A DNA stretch of 61,727 nt, filler included, from Actinomycetota bacterium (GTDB lineage: Bacteria > Actinomycetota > CADDZG01 > JAHWKV01 > JAOPZY01), in the NCBI GenBank assembly GCA_025963875.1. It is 6 parts of 6 records of this genome, joined end to end, with 100 filler letters (N's around TTAATTAATTAA, not from the genome) between each part and the next. Parts side by side here need not be neighbours in the genome. Positions count along the whole stretch, not along the records: positions 14,485 to 34,677 come from JAOPZY010000036.1; positions 34,778 to 43,064 come from JAOPZY010000076.1; 4 more parts are not named here. One strand, written 5' to 3'. Positions 29,600 to 39,819 of this stretch are shown piece after piece (the first letter of the stretch is position 1; each line of letters begins with the position of its first letter). The notes under the pieces are model-generated. The model was not told the DNA's origin. It searched no databases and saw only the letters and a program-made list of their open reading frames with translations. Position numbers and translations under genes: made by a program.

Positions 29600-30892
29600 C
29601 TACTCCTCGTCGGTGATGACCCGCATCGAGGAGGCGACCTCCTCGACGACGTCCAGTCCCCGGAGAGCCCCGAGGAGGGCCTGGAAGTTCCGCTCGAGCG
29701 CCCGGTGGGTGACCATCACCAGGCGGGCCTCGTCGGCGAAGCCCTCCTGCCACATGCTCCGGATGCTGACGCCGTGGTCGGCGAACGTCTGGGCAACCCT
29801 CGCCAGGACGCCGGGGCGGTCGTCGACCTCCAGCAGGATGTAGTACTGGGACGAGGTCTCGTCCATGTGCCGGATCCGGGCGTTGGCGTGGTAGCAGGTG
29901 CACCCGACGCCCCGGCTCCCGGTGGTCAGGTTGCGGACAATGTCGACGACGTCGCCGACGACAGCCGTCGCGGTGGGGGGGCCTCCGGCACCCTGGCCGT
30001 AGAACATGAGCTCGCCGACGTTCACGCCCTCGACGAACACGGCGTTCAGGTTGTCCCGGACCGACGCCAGCGGGTGCGCCAGCGGGATCATCGCCGGGTG
30101 GACCCGGACGGCGGCCTGGCCGTCCACCATCTCGGCGATGCCGAGCAGCTTGACCTCGTAGCCGAGGCGGTGGGCGAAGGCGATGTCCCGGGCGCTGACA
30201 TGCGTGATGCCCTCCCGGTAGACGTCGCCCGCCACGACCCTCGCGTTGAAGCAGATGCTGGCCAGGATCGACATCTTGGCCGCCGGGTCGAACCCCTCGA
30301 TGTCGGCGGTCGGGTCGAGCTCGGTGTAGCCGAGGCGCTTGGCCTCGGCCAGGGCCTGGTCGAACTCGATGCCCTCGGTGCTCATGCGGGTGAGGATGAA
30401 GTTCGTCGTGCCGTTGATGATGCCCATGACCCGCCGGATGCGCTCGCCGGCGAGGGACTCCTTCAGCGGCTTGATGATGGGGATGCCGCCTGCCACCGCG
30501 GCTTCGAATGCAAGGTCGACTCCGGCGCGCTCCGCTTCGTCGAAGAGCTCCTTGCCGAGGGTGGCGAGCAGTTCCTTGTTGGCGGTCACGACCGAGCGGC
30601 CAGAGGTGAGCGCCTTGAGGATGAGACTCCGGGCGGGCTCGATGCCGCCCATCACCTCGATCACGATCCTGACGTCGGGGTCGTCGACGACCTCGTTGGG
30701 GTCATTGGTGAAGAGGTCCCGCGGGACGGGGACGTCTCGCTCCTTGGCCAGGCTCCGCACCGCCACCCGCTTGATGGTGAGATGCGCGCCGGAGCGCTCC
30801 GTGATCTCGTCGGCATTGGCAGCGAGGATGCGGGTGACGGCGGAGCCGACGATGCCGCAGCCGAGCAGGCCGATCCCGATTTCTTCTCCCAA
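29600..30892 (-). CDS. hom: Homoserine dehydrogenase (C-terminal ACT)
   Basis: [48 protein letters not shown] start with RBS. Confidence 0.96.
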   Translation of the reverse strand: MGEEIGIGLLGCGIVGSAVTRILAANADEITERSGAHLTIKRVAVRSLAKERDVPVPRDLFTNDPNEVVDDPDVRIVIEVMGGIEPARSLILKALTSGRSVVTANKELLATLGKELFDEAERAGVDLAFEAAVAGGIPIIKPLKESLAGERIRRVMGIINGTTNFILTRMSTEGIEFDQALAEAKRLGYTELDPTADIEGFDPAAKMSILASICFNARVVAGDVYREGITHVSARDIAFAHRLGYEVKLLGIAEMVDGQAAVRVHPAMIPLAHPLASVRDNLNAVFVEGVNVGELMFYGQGAGGPPTATAVVGDVVDIVRNLTTGSRGVGCTCYHANARIRHMDETSSQYYILLEVDDRPGVLARVAQTFADHGVSIRSMWQEGFADEARLVMVTHRALERNFQALLGALRGLDVVEEVASSMRVITDEE

Positions 30893-30999
30893 TTCGCTGC
30901 CCTTTCTACTTCGCCCTCTTATGGGGCTACCCGGCGCGATGCGCGAGACCGACATCGGGCAGACTATCGTGACAGAGACTTCCAACTCAGGGGTGGATC

Positions 31000-32013
31000 A
31001 TGGCCGGGGACACGATGCGGGCGTGGGTCATCGCCGCGCCGGGCCCGATCGACGGCCATCCGTTGCGGCTCGTCGAGCGGCCGGTCCCGGTGCCCGGGCC
31101 TGGCGAGGTCCGTGTAAAAGTCTCCCACTGCGGGGTGTGCCGCACCGACCTCCACCTCGCCGAGGGCGATCTCCCACCGCACCGCCCCGAGGTGATCCCC
31201 GGCCACCAGGTCGTCGGGACGGTCGAGTCGCTGGGCACCGGCGCCTCCCGGTTCGGGGTGGGCGACCGTATCGGCATCGCGTGGCTCCGCTGGACCGATG
31301 GCACGTGCAGGTTCTGTACCAGCGGCCGGGAGAACCTCTGCGTGGCCCCGGCCTTCACCGGCTGGGACGCCGACGGCGGCTACGCGGAGTACGCGACCGT
31401 GCCCGAGGCCTACGCCTATCCCCTGCCGGCATCGGTCCCGGGCGAACAGCTTGCCCCCTTCCTCTGCGCCGGCATCATCGGCTACCGGGCGCTGCGGCGG
31501 GCGGACCTGCCGCCGGGGGGCCGGCTCGGCATCTACGGGTTCGGCGCCTCCGCGCACCTCATCGCGCAGGTGGCCCTGGCGGAGGGCGCCCGGCTCCACG
31601 TGATGACCCGGGGAACCGACGCCCAGGAGTTCGCACGCTCGCTGGGGGCCACCTCGGCCGTCGGGGCCACCGATGCGCCGCCGGAGCCCCTCGACGCTGC
31701 CATCCTCTTCGCCCCGGTGGGCGTCCTGGTGCCGGTGGCCCTGGCGGCGCTCGACCGGGGCGGCACCCTGGCCGTGGCGGGAATCCACCTGAGCGACATC
31801 CCGAGCCTCAACTACGAGGCGCACCTCTTCCAGGAGCGGACGCTTCGCAGCGTCACCGCCAACACCCGCCAGGATGGGCGGGACTTCCTGGCGGCGGCCA
31901 TCCGCATCCCCATCCGGGCCACAACCCGCCTCTACCCCTTCGAGGAGGCGCCCCAGGCCCTGCGCGACCTCGCCCACGGCGCGTTCAGAGGAGCCGCCGT
32001 CCTCGTCATGTAA
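31000..32013 (+). CDS. Zinc-dependent alcohol dehydrogenase
   Basis: [20 protein letters not shown]...ENLC, GIYGFG. Confidence 0.93.
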   Translation: MAGDTMRAWVIAAPGPIDGHPLRLVERPVPVPGPGEVRVKVSHCGVCRTDLHLAEGDLPPHRPEVIPGHQVVGTVESLGTGASRFGVGDRIGIAWLRWTDGTCRFCTSGRENLCVAPAFTGWDADGGYAEYATVPEAYAYPLPASVPGEQLAPFLCAGIIGYRALRRADLPPGGRLGIYGFGASAHLIAQVALAEGARLHVMTRGTDAQEFARSLGATSAVGATDAPPEPLDAAILFAPVGVLVPVALAALDRGGTLAVAGIHLSDIPSLNYEAHLFQERTLRSVTANTRQDGRDFLAAAIRIPIRATTRLYPFEEAPQALRDLAHGAFRGAAVLVM

Positions 32014-32015
32014 CG

Positions 32016-32080
32016 CCGAGAATCTTCTTTGTATGATTAAGCAGCATTTTCATGTTTTTTCATACAAAGAAGATTCTTGG
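32016..32080. repeat. AT-rich long inverted repeat (53-bp core element, copy 1)
   Basis: CCGAGAATCTTCTTTGTATGA ... TCATACAAAGAAGATTCTTGG. The core 32022-32074 matches 50016-50068. Confidence 0.85.
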
Positions 32081-32083
32081 GGC

Positions 32084-32437
32084 CTAAGAGGCGGGCTCCT
32101 TGCGGCGCCAGGAGACCTTCGACTCCGGATGCACGACGATCTGGGCCTGCTCCCGGCTGCCGGGGGGTCCGCCGGGCTTCAGCACCTCGGCCGTGCCGCG
32201 GACAACCACGCCCCATTTTGGTGCGCCGAATACCGTGACGGCCACCCGGGGGTTGCGGAGCAGGTTCTTGAACTTGCGAGATTCGGGCTCGGTTTCGAAG
32301 CGCAGGGTGTCGCCCTCGAACCAGACCATCACGGGAGCTGCAGACGGGCCACCGTCGGGGCCGACCGTGGAGACCACGCCCGTGGCGCGGTCCAGCCGCT
32401 CCCGTTCCCAGTCTTCGAACTTCGGCGGCTCCTTGAC
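32084..32437 (-). CDS. Pyridoxamine 5'-phosphate oxidase-like (PPOX/F420-binding) protein
   Basis: VVSTVGPDGGP...PV..W, SRKFKNLLRNPRVAVTV, VVVRGTAEV. No canonical start codon at the expected position. Confidence 0.75.
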   Translation of the reverse strand, partial: VKEPPKFEDWERERLDRATGVVSTVGPDGGPSAAPVMVWFEGDTLRFETEPESRKFKNLLRNPRVAVTVFGAPKWGVVVRGTAEVLKPGGPPGSREQAQIVVHPESKVSWRRKEPAS

Positions 32438-32439
32438 GG

Positions 32440-32622
32440 CTACTCGCCCTCGGAACCGGTCTTCTCGCCGTCCCGCTTCTCGATGAGCTCCTTCAGGCTG
32501 GCGCCCTCCGTGTACTTGCCCTGCTTCTGGAGCTCTGCCAGCCACTGCTCCCGGCGCTCGGGGGTCGCCTCGTCGAGCGGGGTCCCTCGCTTGAATCCTT
32601 CGGCTCCTTGCGGTCCAGCCAC
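32440..32622 (-). CDS. Small hypothetical protein
   Basis: GGAGG RBS before GTG; 60 aa, hydrophilic, in the same orientation as its neighbours. Confidence 0.6.
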   Translation of the reverse strand: MAGPQGAEGFKRGTPLDEATPERREQWLAELQKQGKYTEGASLKELIEKRDGEKTGSEGE

Positions 32623-32678
32623 TTTGCCTCCTCCATCTAGCGGCAATCAACCTCAATGTACCCCAGCCACGCTGCTAC

Positions 32679-33404
32679 TCACGAGCGGCGCCACCGGGGC
32701 CGGGACGCCGCGGCCCCCAGGCGCTCCGCGCGGAGCCGGTCCGCCATGTCGTCGTCGAGCGGCGGCAGCGGCCCCGTCACCCAGGAGAGGAGGAGGTCGG
32801 CGAGGGCCGGATTGCGGGCGAGCACCGGCCCGTGCAGGTACGTGGCCACCAGCCGCCGGTCCTGGTAGGCGCCGTCCCGGCCGTCCCCGTTGCCGCTGCC
32901 GGTGCGCACGGCCCCCAGCGGCTCGGTGCCGGGAGCGAGGGTCGTGATGCCTGCGTGGTTCTCGAAGCCGCTCAACAACCCCACGCCGACCCGGCCCGTG
33001 TCCACCACGACCTCGCCGATGCGGCGATGGGGGCCGGCCACCGTGGCGGCCTCGACCAGACCGAGGCCCGGGACCGCTTTGCCGTCGGTCCGGACATACG
33101 TGGTCCCGAGGAGCTGGAACCCCGCGCACACGGCGAGCATCACCGAGCCACCGTCGAGCGCCTGCTCGATGGCGGGCCCCGAGGCACCCAGGCCCTCGGC
33201 CGCCAGCGTCTGGGGGACGTCCTCGGCCCCCCCGATCACGTAGACGTCGAGCGTGGAGGGGATGGGCTCCCCCGCAGCGATCTCGACCACCTCCCCGGGC
33301 AGGTCGCGCCAGGCGAGACGCCGCTCGAGGACCCGGGCATTGCCGCGGTCACCGTAGGTGCCCATGAGCTCGGGATAGATGAGCCCTATGCCGACCGTAG
33401 AGAT
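32679..33404 (-). CDS. gatD: Type 1 glutamine amidotransferase GatD (CobQ-like)
   Basis: YPELMGTYGDRGN, AVCAGFQLLG, GFENH, TYLHGPVLARNP. Follows murT. Start uncertain (ATC after GAGGAGG). Confidence 0.88.
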   Translation of the reverse strand: MSTVGIGLIYPELMGTYGDRGNARVLERRLAWRDLPGEVVEIAAGEPIPSTLDVYVIGGAEDVPQTLAAEGLGASGPAIEQALDGGSVMLAVCAGFQLLGTTYVRTDGKAVPGLGLVEAATVAGPHRRIGEVVVDTGRVGVGLLSGFENHAGITTLAPGTEPLGAVRTGSGNGDGRDGAYQDRRLVATYLHGPVLARNPALADLLLSWVTGPLPPLDDDMADRLRAERLGAAASRPRWRRS

Positions 33405-34642
33405 CTGATCCTCCTCACCAGGTCGACGAACGCGCTGTAGGTGGCCACGATCTCCACGTCGTCGCCGCCCACCTTCCCGGCGGCGAGCAGTGGATCCCGG
33501 TCGTCGACGAAGTCGACGCCTGCGTAGCGGAGACGCACGGCAAGGTCGAGATGCCGCTCCCCCGACGCCCCCACCGGGCGTCCCGCCAGCAGCTCGAACG
33601 GGACATCCCAGAGCCACGACGGGTCCTTGCCGTCGGCCACCCGGCAGTTGAGGACCACCACGACGCCGGAGTCCGCGCCGGCGAGGAACCTGAGCACCTC
33701 TGTCCATCCCGCCGGGTTCTTGGCGAGCAGCAGCCGGGCGCGCCGGCCGTCGGGCAGGCGCCAGGTGGCCTGACGGCCCCCGACCTCCCGGACGTCCGAC
33801 ATGGCCGCAGCCGCCTCCTTCAGGTCGATGCCGGCCTCCCGGGCGGCTGCAAGCGCCATGGCGGCGTTGGCCAGGTTCCAGCGCCCCGGCAGCGAGAGCG
33901 ACAGCGCAACGTGCTCGCCGGGGGCCTCGACCACGTCACCCGTGAGGCGGATCGCAGCCTCGGGTTTGGCGAAGCCGCAGGCAGATCGATACCAACCGTC
34001 TCCCCACTCGAGCAGCGCACCGCAGGCCGGGCAGGCCGTGGCGTCCTCCCGCCAGAGCAGCCCGGTGTCCACCCACACCGTGTCCGACTCCTGGGCCGCC
34101 CAGACCACCAGCGGATCGGCGGCGTTGGCGACGACGCGCTGGGCAGGGCGCGACGCCAGCATCTCCCGCCAGCGGTTGGCGACGGTGCCCACCTCGCCGT
34201 AGCGGTCGAGCTGGTCCCGGCTCAGGTTCGTGAGCACCACCAGGCGGGGGTCGAGGGCGGCGATGACCCGAGGGAGCGCCGCTTCATCCACCTCGAGGAC
34301 CGGCCTTGCCCCCGAAGCCCCCGACGCCAGGGCCGACGCGACCCCTGACGCCAGGTTCGCCCCGGTGTCGTTGGACACGACTGACACCCCGGAGGCCTGC
34401 AGGGCCGCAACCAGCAGGCGTGTGGTAGTGGTCTTGCCGTTGGTTCCCGAGACGACGACCGCCTCCCGGCCTGCGGCGAGCTCGCCGATGACCCCCGGCG
34501 CCACGGCGAGGGCCACCCGTCCGCCGATCGTCACCCCGGCCCCCATTCCGGCCCGGCGCGAGACGCGCCCGGCGAGCCGGCCGGCTTGGACGGCCAGGGC
34601 GGTGCGTGCGGAGCGCTGCGTCGGCGAACTCGGTTGACTCAT
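33386..34642 (-). CDS. murT: Lipid II isoglutaminyl synthase subunit MurT (Mur ligase + DUF1727)
   Basis: SGTNGKTTTT, LEVDE, NLSRDQLDRYGE, CPAC, LAKNPAG, DGKDPSWLWD. Confidence 0.9.
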   Translation of the reverse strand: MSQPSSPTQRSARTALAVQAGRLAGRVSRRAGMGAGVTIGGRVALAVAPGVIGELAAGREAVVVSGTNGKTTTTRLLVAALQASGVSVVSNDTGANLASGVASALASGASGARPVLEVDEAALPRVIAALDPRLVVLTNLSRDQLDRYGEVGTVANRWREMLASRPAQRVVANAADPLVVWAAQESDTVWVDTGLLWREDATACPACGALLEWGDGWYRSACGFAKPEAAIRLTGDVVEAPGEHVALSLSLPGRWNLANAAMALAAAREAGIDLKEAAAAMSDVREVGGRQATWRLPDGRRARLLLAKNPAGWTEVLRFLAGADSGVVVVLNCRVADGKDPSWLWDVPFELLAGRPVGASGERHLDLAVRLRYAGVDFVDDRDPLLAAGKVGGDDVEIVATYSAFVDLVRRIRSLRSA

Positions 34643-34677
34643 TCGGGCTCAAGCCTATGCGGCCATCCGTCGACAAT

Positions 34678-34777
34678 NNNNNNNNNNNNNNNNNNNNNNN
34701 NNNNNNNNNNNNNNNNNNNNNTTAATTAATTAANNNNNNNNNNNNNNNNNNNNNNNNNNNNNNNNNNNNNNNNNNNN
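34678..34777. other. Artificial contig linker
   Basis: N-TTAATTAATTAA-N. Confidence 0.99.
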
Positions 34778-34779
34778 TG

Positions 34780-35061
34780 GGCCACACCTGGGGCCGGTTG
34801 CCGGAGCGGCTGAGCCGGGTCTCCTCGTCGGGCCCGAAGACGGTCTCCTTCGCACCCTCGGCCAATGGCAATTCGGCGAATGGCCACAAGGCCAATGGGC
34901 ACAAAGCCAAGGACCACAAGGCCAAGGACCGCCAAGGATCCAACGGGAAGGCCTCGACCTACTCCTGGGCCGGCGCCGGGAACAAGGGATCGACGAGCCG
35001 CCCGGGTGGATGGGCGCCCAGCTCGCTCAACGCGGCCGGCTCCCGCCTCGTCAAGAAGTAG
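34780..35061 (+). CDS. C-terminal fragment of a hypothetical protein with pentapeptide repeats (5'-partial)
   Basis: Frame open from the contig start. ANGNS-ANGHK-ANGHK-AKDHK-AKDRQ degenerate 15-bp repeats. Confidence 0.5.
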   Translation, partial: GHTWGRLPERLSRVSSSGPKTVSFAPSANGNSANGHKANGHKAKDHKAKDRQGSNGKASTYSWAGAGNKGSTSRPGGWAPSSLNAAGSRLVKK

Positions 35062-35424
35062 GTAGGTAGAACTGGGGAGGGAATCGCGCCCAGACAGGCT
35101 GTCACATGGAAGGGCGACCCGAGTTAGCGCTTGTCCGGAACTCCGCGCCACCCAGGGGCCGGAGGAGGAGGTTGGGAGCCTAGCGCGCGCATACGCGCGG
35201 TTCGCTCCCAACTTCGGACCAGGGCTGGTCGGAAACGGAGCAATTCGGTCGGAAAACGGGCCGCGGACAACCTCGGAGGCCCCCCTCAGTGGAATCTCGC
35301 GACGGCCTGCATAGACGCGTGGCGGGATTCCGCACCTCTGCCGGACACAAGGGCCAGGCTCCGGTCAGGTGAAGGTCCGGTCAGGTAATGCCTTTCACTC
35401 GCGCAGCTTGTTTGGCGGTGGGCG

Positions 35425-37149
35425 CTAAGCCCCGAAGCCTTCGGCCTCCAGCGCCTCCCCAACCGCCTGCCAGATCCGCCGGTGCAGCGCCACGTTGGCG
35501 GTGCGCTCGGTCGGGACCTCCACGAGGTGCACTCCGCCAGCCGACCACGCCTCGCCGACGGCAGCCGTGAGGCCGGCGGCCCGCTCGACCCGCTGGTAGC
35601 CGCACCGGTAGAGGCCGGCGATTGCTTCGAACGACATGCCGTGGGGTGTGCCGAACAGGCGCTCGAAATCGCCGGGAAAGTCGGCTTGCGGCAGGAAGGA
35701 GAAGATCCCGCCGCCGTCGTTGTTGACGACGACGAAGACCGCGTCCACGTTGCCACTCCTGGCCAGGAGCAGCCCGTTCTGGTCGTGGAGCATGGAGAGG
35801 TCCCCGGCCAGGGCCACGGTCGGCCCCGGCCCTGCCAGGGCAACCCCCAAGGTGGTGGAGACGAAGCCGTCGATACCGCTGGCGCCGCGGTTGGCGAGCA
35901 CCCGCAGGCCGCTTCTCGGGCGCATGAAGGACTCAAGGTCCCGGATCGGCATGCTCGACGCGGCGACAAGCGTTGCGCCGTCGGGGCACCAGGCGGCGAG
36001 GTCCCGGGCGGTCCGGGGCTCCGTTGGGGACTCTTCGGCGTCGAGGACGGCGTCGATCGCGCTGCGGGCGGCACCCTCCGCCTCGAGCCACCGCTGTGTC
36101 CAGGGGCGGGTTCGGGTGGACGCCACCAGCGACGGCAGCACGCTCGGGTCGGCCCGGATGATCCACTCGGCCCGGCGCTCGGGGTCGGTCCAGTCCCCGT
36201 CGGGATCGACCACGACCTGCCGCACGTCGTCCGCAAGGTAGCCGGCCAGTGGCTTCGAGCTCCCCATCCTTCCCACCCGTACCACCAGGTCCGGCCGCAT
36301 GGCGGCAACGAAGCCGGGGTGACGAAGGATGGCTTCGTAGGCCGAGATCGCCGTGCCGCCGGCGCGTGCCCCGGAGGGGGGGTCGGCGAGCAGAGGCCAC
36401 CCTCCCGATTCTGCGAGGGCTCGGGCACCCACGCCGCCGCCTGGGGCCTCACCGGCCAGGACCAGGCAGCGCTCGGATGAGCCGATGGTCGCCCGTAGGC
36501 GGCGGGCATCCTCGGCCGCCATCCCGGCCGGCGACGGGCCGGTCCGCGTCCAGGGCTCCTCGCCCGGGCGGCCGTCGAGCGGATACGGGAAGCCGGCGTC
36601 GTCGGCAACGGGTACCAGTGGGTCCCGGAACGCCAGGTTGAGGTGGACCGGTCCCGGCGGGGACCCGGCCGCCTCGGCCCAGGCCCGGCAGGCGGCCGAG
36701 CGCCAGTACGCTACCGACCCCGGCAGGGCCTCCGGCACGCCGACCTCGGCGAACCAGCGGACGGCGTCGCCGTAGAGCTTGATCTGGTCGATGGTCTGGT
36801 TGGCCCCCGTCCCGCGCAGTTCGGGAGGGCGGTCGGCGGTCAGAACCAGGAGGGAAGTGCGGCCCCGGTCGGCCTCGATCACCGCCGGGTGGAAGTTGGC
36901 CGCCGCCGTCCCCGACGTGCAGAGGACCGCCGAAGGAATTCCCGACGCCTTGGCGATCCCCAGGGCGCAGAACGCCGCCGACCGCTCGTCGATGAGGACG
37001 TGGACCCTGACGCCGGGATGGGCGGCGAACGCCACGGCCATCGGCGTCGAGCGCGACCCCGGGGCGATGCAGGCGTGGGCGAGGCCGTTGCGGACCAGCT
37101 CATCCACGAGCACGGTCGCCAGTGCCTGCCCGGCGTTGACAGCCTTCAT
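35425..37149 (-). CDS. menD: SEPHCHC synthase
   Basis: APGSRSTP, DERSAAF, TSGTAAAN, TADRPPEL, ANRGASGIDG, GDLSMLHD, NNDGGGIF. Confidence 0.96.
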   Translation of the reverse strand: MKAVNAGQALATVLVDELVRNGLAHACIAPGSRSTPMAVAFAAHPGVRVHVLIDERSAAFCALGIAKASGIPSAVLCTSGTAAANFHPAVIEADRGRTSLLVLTADRPPELRGTGANQTIDQIKLYGDAVRWFAEVGVPEALPGSVAYWRSAACRAWAEAAGSPPGPVHLNLAFRDPLVPVADDAGFPYPLDGRPGEEPWTRTGPSPAGMAAEDARRLRATIGSSERCLVLAGEAPGGGVGARALAESGGWPLLADPPSGARAGGTAISAYEAILRHPGFVAAMRPDLVVRVGRMGSSKPLAGYLADDVRQVVVDPDGDWTDPERRAEWIIRADPSVLPSLVASTRTRPWTQRWLEAEGAARSAIDAVLDAEESPTEPRTARDLAAWCPDGATLVAASSMPIRDLESFMRPRSGLRVLANRGASGIDGFVSTTLGVALAGPGPTVALAGDLSMLHDQNGLLLARSGNVDAVFVVVNNDGGGIFSFLPQADFPGDFERLFGTPHGMSFEAIAGLYRCGYQRVERAAGLTAAVGEAWSAGGVHLVEVPTERTANVALHRRIWQAVGEALEAEGFGA

Positions 37150-38063
37150 GCCGCGGCCGCGGCCTCCCAGCGCAGAAGCAGGCGCCGCCGCTCCTCGTCG
37201 CCGGCAACCCACGTGAGGAGCGCCGCGCCGTCGGGCGCGGGGCGTCGCAGCTCGATGTGGCCGCGCACCGGCACCAGGGGCTCGGCCACGACGTCGCCCT
37301 CGAGCAGCAGGACGGTCGCCAGGCCGCAGGCGTAGCGCAGCTCCGGCAGGGCCGCGGCCAGGGCGAGCCCCGCCGCAATCCCCACCGACGTCTCCACCGC
37401 CGACGACACCACCGCGGGCAGGCCGATGGCCTCGGCAATCTCCAGCGCCCGCCACACGCCGCCGAGGGGCTGGACCTTGAGGACGATCAGGTCCGCAACG
37501 TCGTGGAGCCGCAGGTGGTGAGGGTCGTCGGAGAGCCGGACCAGCTCGTCCGCGGCCAGGGGGACGTCGACGAGACGGCGGAGGCGGCCCATGTCCTCGG
37601 CGCTGGGGACGGGCTGCTCGACGTACTCGAGGTCAAAGGGAATGAACCGGCGGATCTGGCGGGCCGCCTCGTCAAGGTCCCACGCGCCGTTGACGTCCAG
37701 CCGGATCTTGCCCGAAGGACCGAGGGCGTCCCGGACCGCTTCGATCCTGGCCAGGTCGTCGCCCTCGCCGACCTTCACCTTGGCGGTCGTGCACCCGGAC
37801 CCGGCGACGATGTCATGGGCACGCTGGGGCGAGGTGGCCGGCACGGTCACGTTGACCGGGATTGACGACCGCACCGCCGTGGGCCAGGACCTCGTGGCTG
37901 CCTCCGTCGCCGCTGCCCGCCAGTGGCGGGTGAGCTCCGGGCCGTACTCCGGGAAGGGCGAGAACTCGCCCCAGCCGGCGGGGCCGGGCACGAGGATCCC
38001 GTGCCGCCGGGTCACCCCGCGGAACGGCAGGCACAGGGGGATGTCGAACGTGCTCAGGTCCAC
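37146..38063 (-). CDS. menC: o-Succinylbenzoate synthase
   Basis: GWGEFSPF, PVNVTVP, KVKV, RLDVNGAW, YVEQP, AADE, LKVQPLGG, VVSSAVET. Confidence 0.93.
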   Translation of the reverse strand: MDLSTFDIPLCLPFRGVTRRHGILVPGPAGWGEFSPFPEYGPELTRHWRAAATEAATRSWPTAVRSSIPVNVTVPATSPQRAHDIVAGSGCTTAKVKVGEGDDLARIEAVRDALGPSGKIRLDVNGAWDLDEAARQIRRFIPFDLEYVEQPVPSAEDMGRLRRLVDVPLAADELVRLSDDPHHLRLHDVADLIVLKVQPLGGVWRALEIAEAIGLPAVVSSAVETSVGIAAGLALAAALPELRYACGLATVLLLEGDVVAEPLVPVRGHIELRRPAPDGAALLTWVAGDEERRRLLLRWEAAAAA

Positions 38064-38938
38064 GACAACCACAGGCCCAGGGCCAGCAGGACCCCGAAGA
38101 CCAGCTGCAGCCGTGCCGTGCCGACCAGGGCCTCGATGAGACCCGCACCGTCCGACCGGGTTCTGAGCAGGCGCAGCGGTACCCACGCCAGCGGGAGGGC
38201 CAGAAGAGCCACGAGCAGGCCGGCCCGGTGGAACCCGAGCGCGATGGCCGCCGTCCCGGCGAAGGCGACGGCGAAGAGGCCGGCGAACACGGCGTTGGCG
38301 GGCCCCCGCCCGATGCGCACCGCCATGGTGCGTTTGCCGGCTGCGGCGTCGGTGTCGATGTCACGGATGTTGTTCGCCAGCAGGATGGCCGAGGCGAGCG
38401 CGCCCACGGGCACCGCCACGGCGAAGGCGAGCGCCGTCAGGTGCTCCGTCTGCACGTAGGCGGCCCCCACCGTGCCGACGATGCCGAAGAACGCGAAGAC
38501 GAAGACCTCCCCGAGGCCGAGCGAGGCGAAGGGCCTCGGCCCCCCGCTGTAGCCGAGCGCTGCGGTGAAGCAGAGGAGTCCGACGACGATCACCTGCGGT
38601 CCGATGGCCGCGGCCAGCGCGAGACCCGGCACCGAGGCCACGGCGAGGGCCAGCGCGGTGGCGAGGCGCATCTGCTGCGGCGTGACGAGGCCGGCCGCGG
38701 TGACCCGGCGCGGCCCCATGCGGTGGATGGTGTCCACGCCTTTGACGGCGTCGAAGTAGTCATTGGCGTAGTTGACGGCGACCTGCACCGCCACAGACGC
38801 CACCATCGCCGCCACGAAGCGCCATGCAATGAAGCTGCCGGCGGCGGCGGTCCCGACGAGCACGCAGACGACGCCGGCGCCCAGTGTCTTGGGCCGGGCG
38901 GCCTCCCAGAAGAGCCCTGCCATGCCCGGCTTCCCCAT
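38054..38938 (-). CDS. menA: 1,4-dihydroxy-2-naphthoate prenyltransferase
   Basis: ARPKTL, NYANDYFD..KGVD, NNIRDIDTD..AGKRT; multiple TM helices. Confidence 0.95.
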   Translation of the reverse strand: MGKPGMAGLFWEAARPKTLGAGVVCVLVGTAAAGSFIAWRFVAAMVASVAVQVAVNYANDYFDAVKGVDTIHRMGPRRVTAAGLVTPQQMRLATALALAVASVPGLALAAAIGPQVIVVGLLCFTAALGYSGGPRPFASLGLGEVFVFAFFGIVGTVGAAYVQTEHLTALAFAVAVPVGALASAILLANNIRDIDTDAAAGKRTMAVRIGRGPANAVFAGLFAVAFAGTAAIALGFHRAGLLVALLALPLAWVPLRLLRTRSDGAGLIEALVGTARLQLVFGVLLALGLWLSWT

Positions 38939-38944
38939 GCCGGA

Positions 38945-39763
38945 CTAGGGTCGCCGTGGGAAGGTGTCGAAGCGCGGCTTGCGCTTCTCGAGGTAGGCGT
39001 TGCGGCCCTCCTGCGCCTCCTCGTTCATGTAGAAGAGGAGGGTGGCGTCGCCGGCGAGTTGCTGGATGCCGGCCAGCCCGTCGGTGTCAGCGTTGAAAGC
39101 GGCCTTCAGCAGCCGGATGGCGAGCGGGCTCATCTCGAGGATGCGCCGGCACCAGGCGACGGTCTCCTCCTCGAGGCGGTCGAGGGGCACCACCTTGTTG
39201 ACAAGACCCATCTGCAGGGCCTCCTCGGCGTCGTACTGCTCGCAGAGGAACCAGATCTCCCGGGCCTTTTTCTGGCCGACCTGGCGGGCGAGCAGGCAGG
39301 CCCCGTAGCCCCCGTCGAACGAGCCGACCTTCGGCCCCACCTGCCCGAAGCGGGCATTGTCGGCGGCGACCGTCAGGTCGCAGACGATGTGCAGGACGTG
39401 GCCGCCACCGATCGCATAGCCCGCCACCATGGCGATGACCGGCTTGGGCAGCCGCCGGATCTGGACCTGCAGGTCGAGAACGTTGAGCCGGCCGATCCCT
39501 GCCTCGTCCACGTACCCGTCGTCACCGCGAACCCGCTGGTCGCCACCGGAGCAGAAGGCCAGCGTCCCCGCGCCGGTGAGGATGATCGCGCCGATCGAGG
39601 GGTCGTCCCGGGCTCGGTCGAAGGCGCGCGACATCTCGACCACGGTCTTCGGCCGGAAGGCGTTGCGGACCTCGGGCCGGTTGATGGTGATCTTGGCGAT
39701 GCCGCCGGGGGCCGACGTCTCGTAGAGGATGTCGGTGTAGTCTCCCGAACGTTCCCAATTCAT
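38945..39763 (-). CDS. menB: 1,4-dihydroxy-2-naphthoyl-CoA synthase
   Basis: [32 protein letters not shown]. Confidence 0.97.
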   Translation of the reverse strand: MNWERSGDYTDILYETSAPGGIAKITINRPEVRNAFRPKTVVEMSRAFDRARDDPSIGAIILTGAGTLAFCSGGDQRVRGDDGYVDEAGIGRLNVLDLQVQIRRLPKPVIAMVAGYAIGGGHVLHIVCDLTVAADNARFGQVGPKVGSFDGGYGACLLARQVGQKKAREIWFLCEQYDAEEALQMGLVNKVVPLDRLEEETVAWCRRILEMSPLAIRLLKAAFNADTDGLAGIQQLAGDATLLFYMNEEAQEGRNAYLEKRKPRFDTFPRRP

Positions 39764-39819
39764 TGAGCGGTCACTCCTAAAGTAAATGCTCGGACGATCC
39801 CGGGAAGGCTAACAAACCG

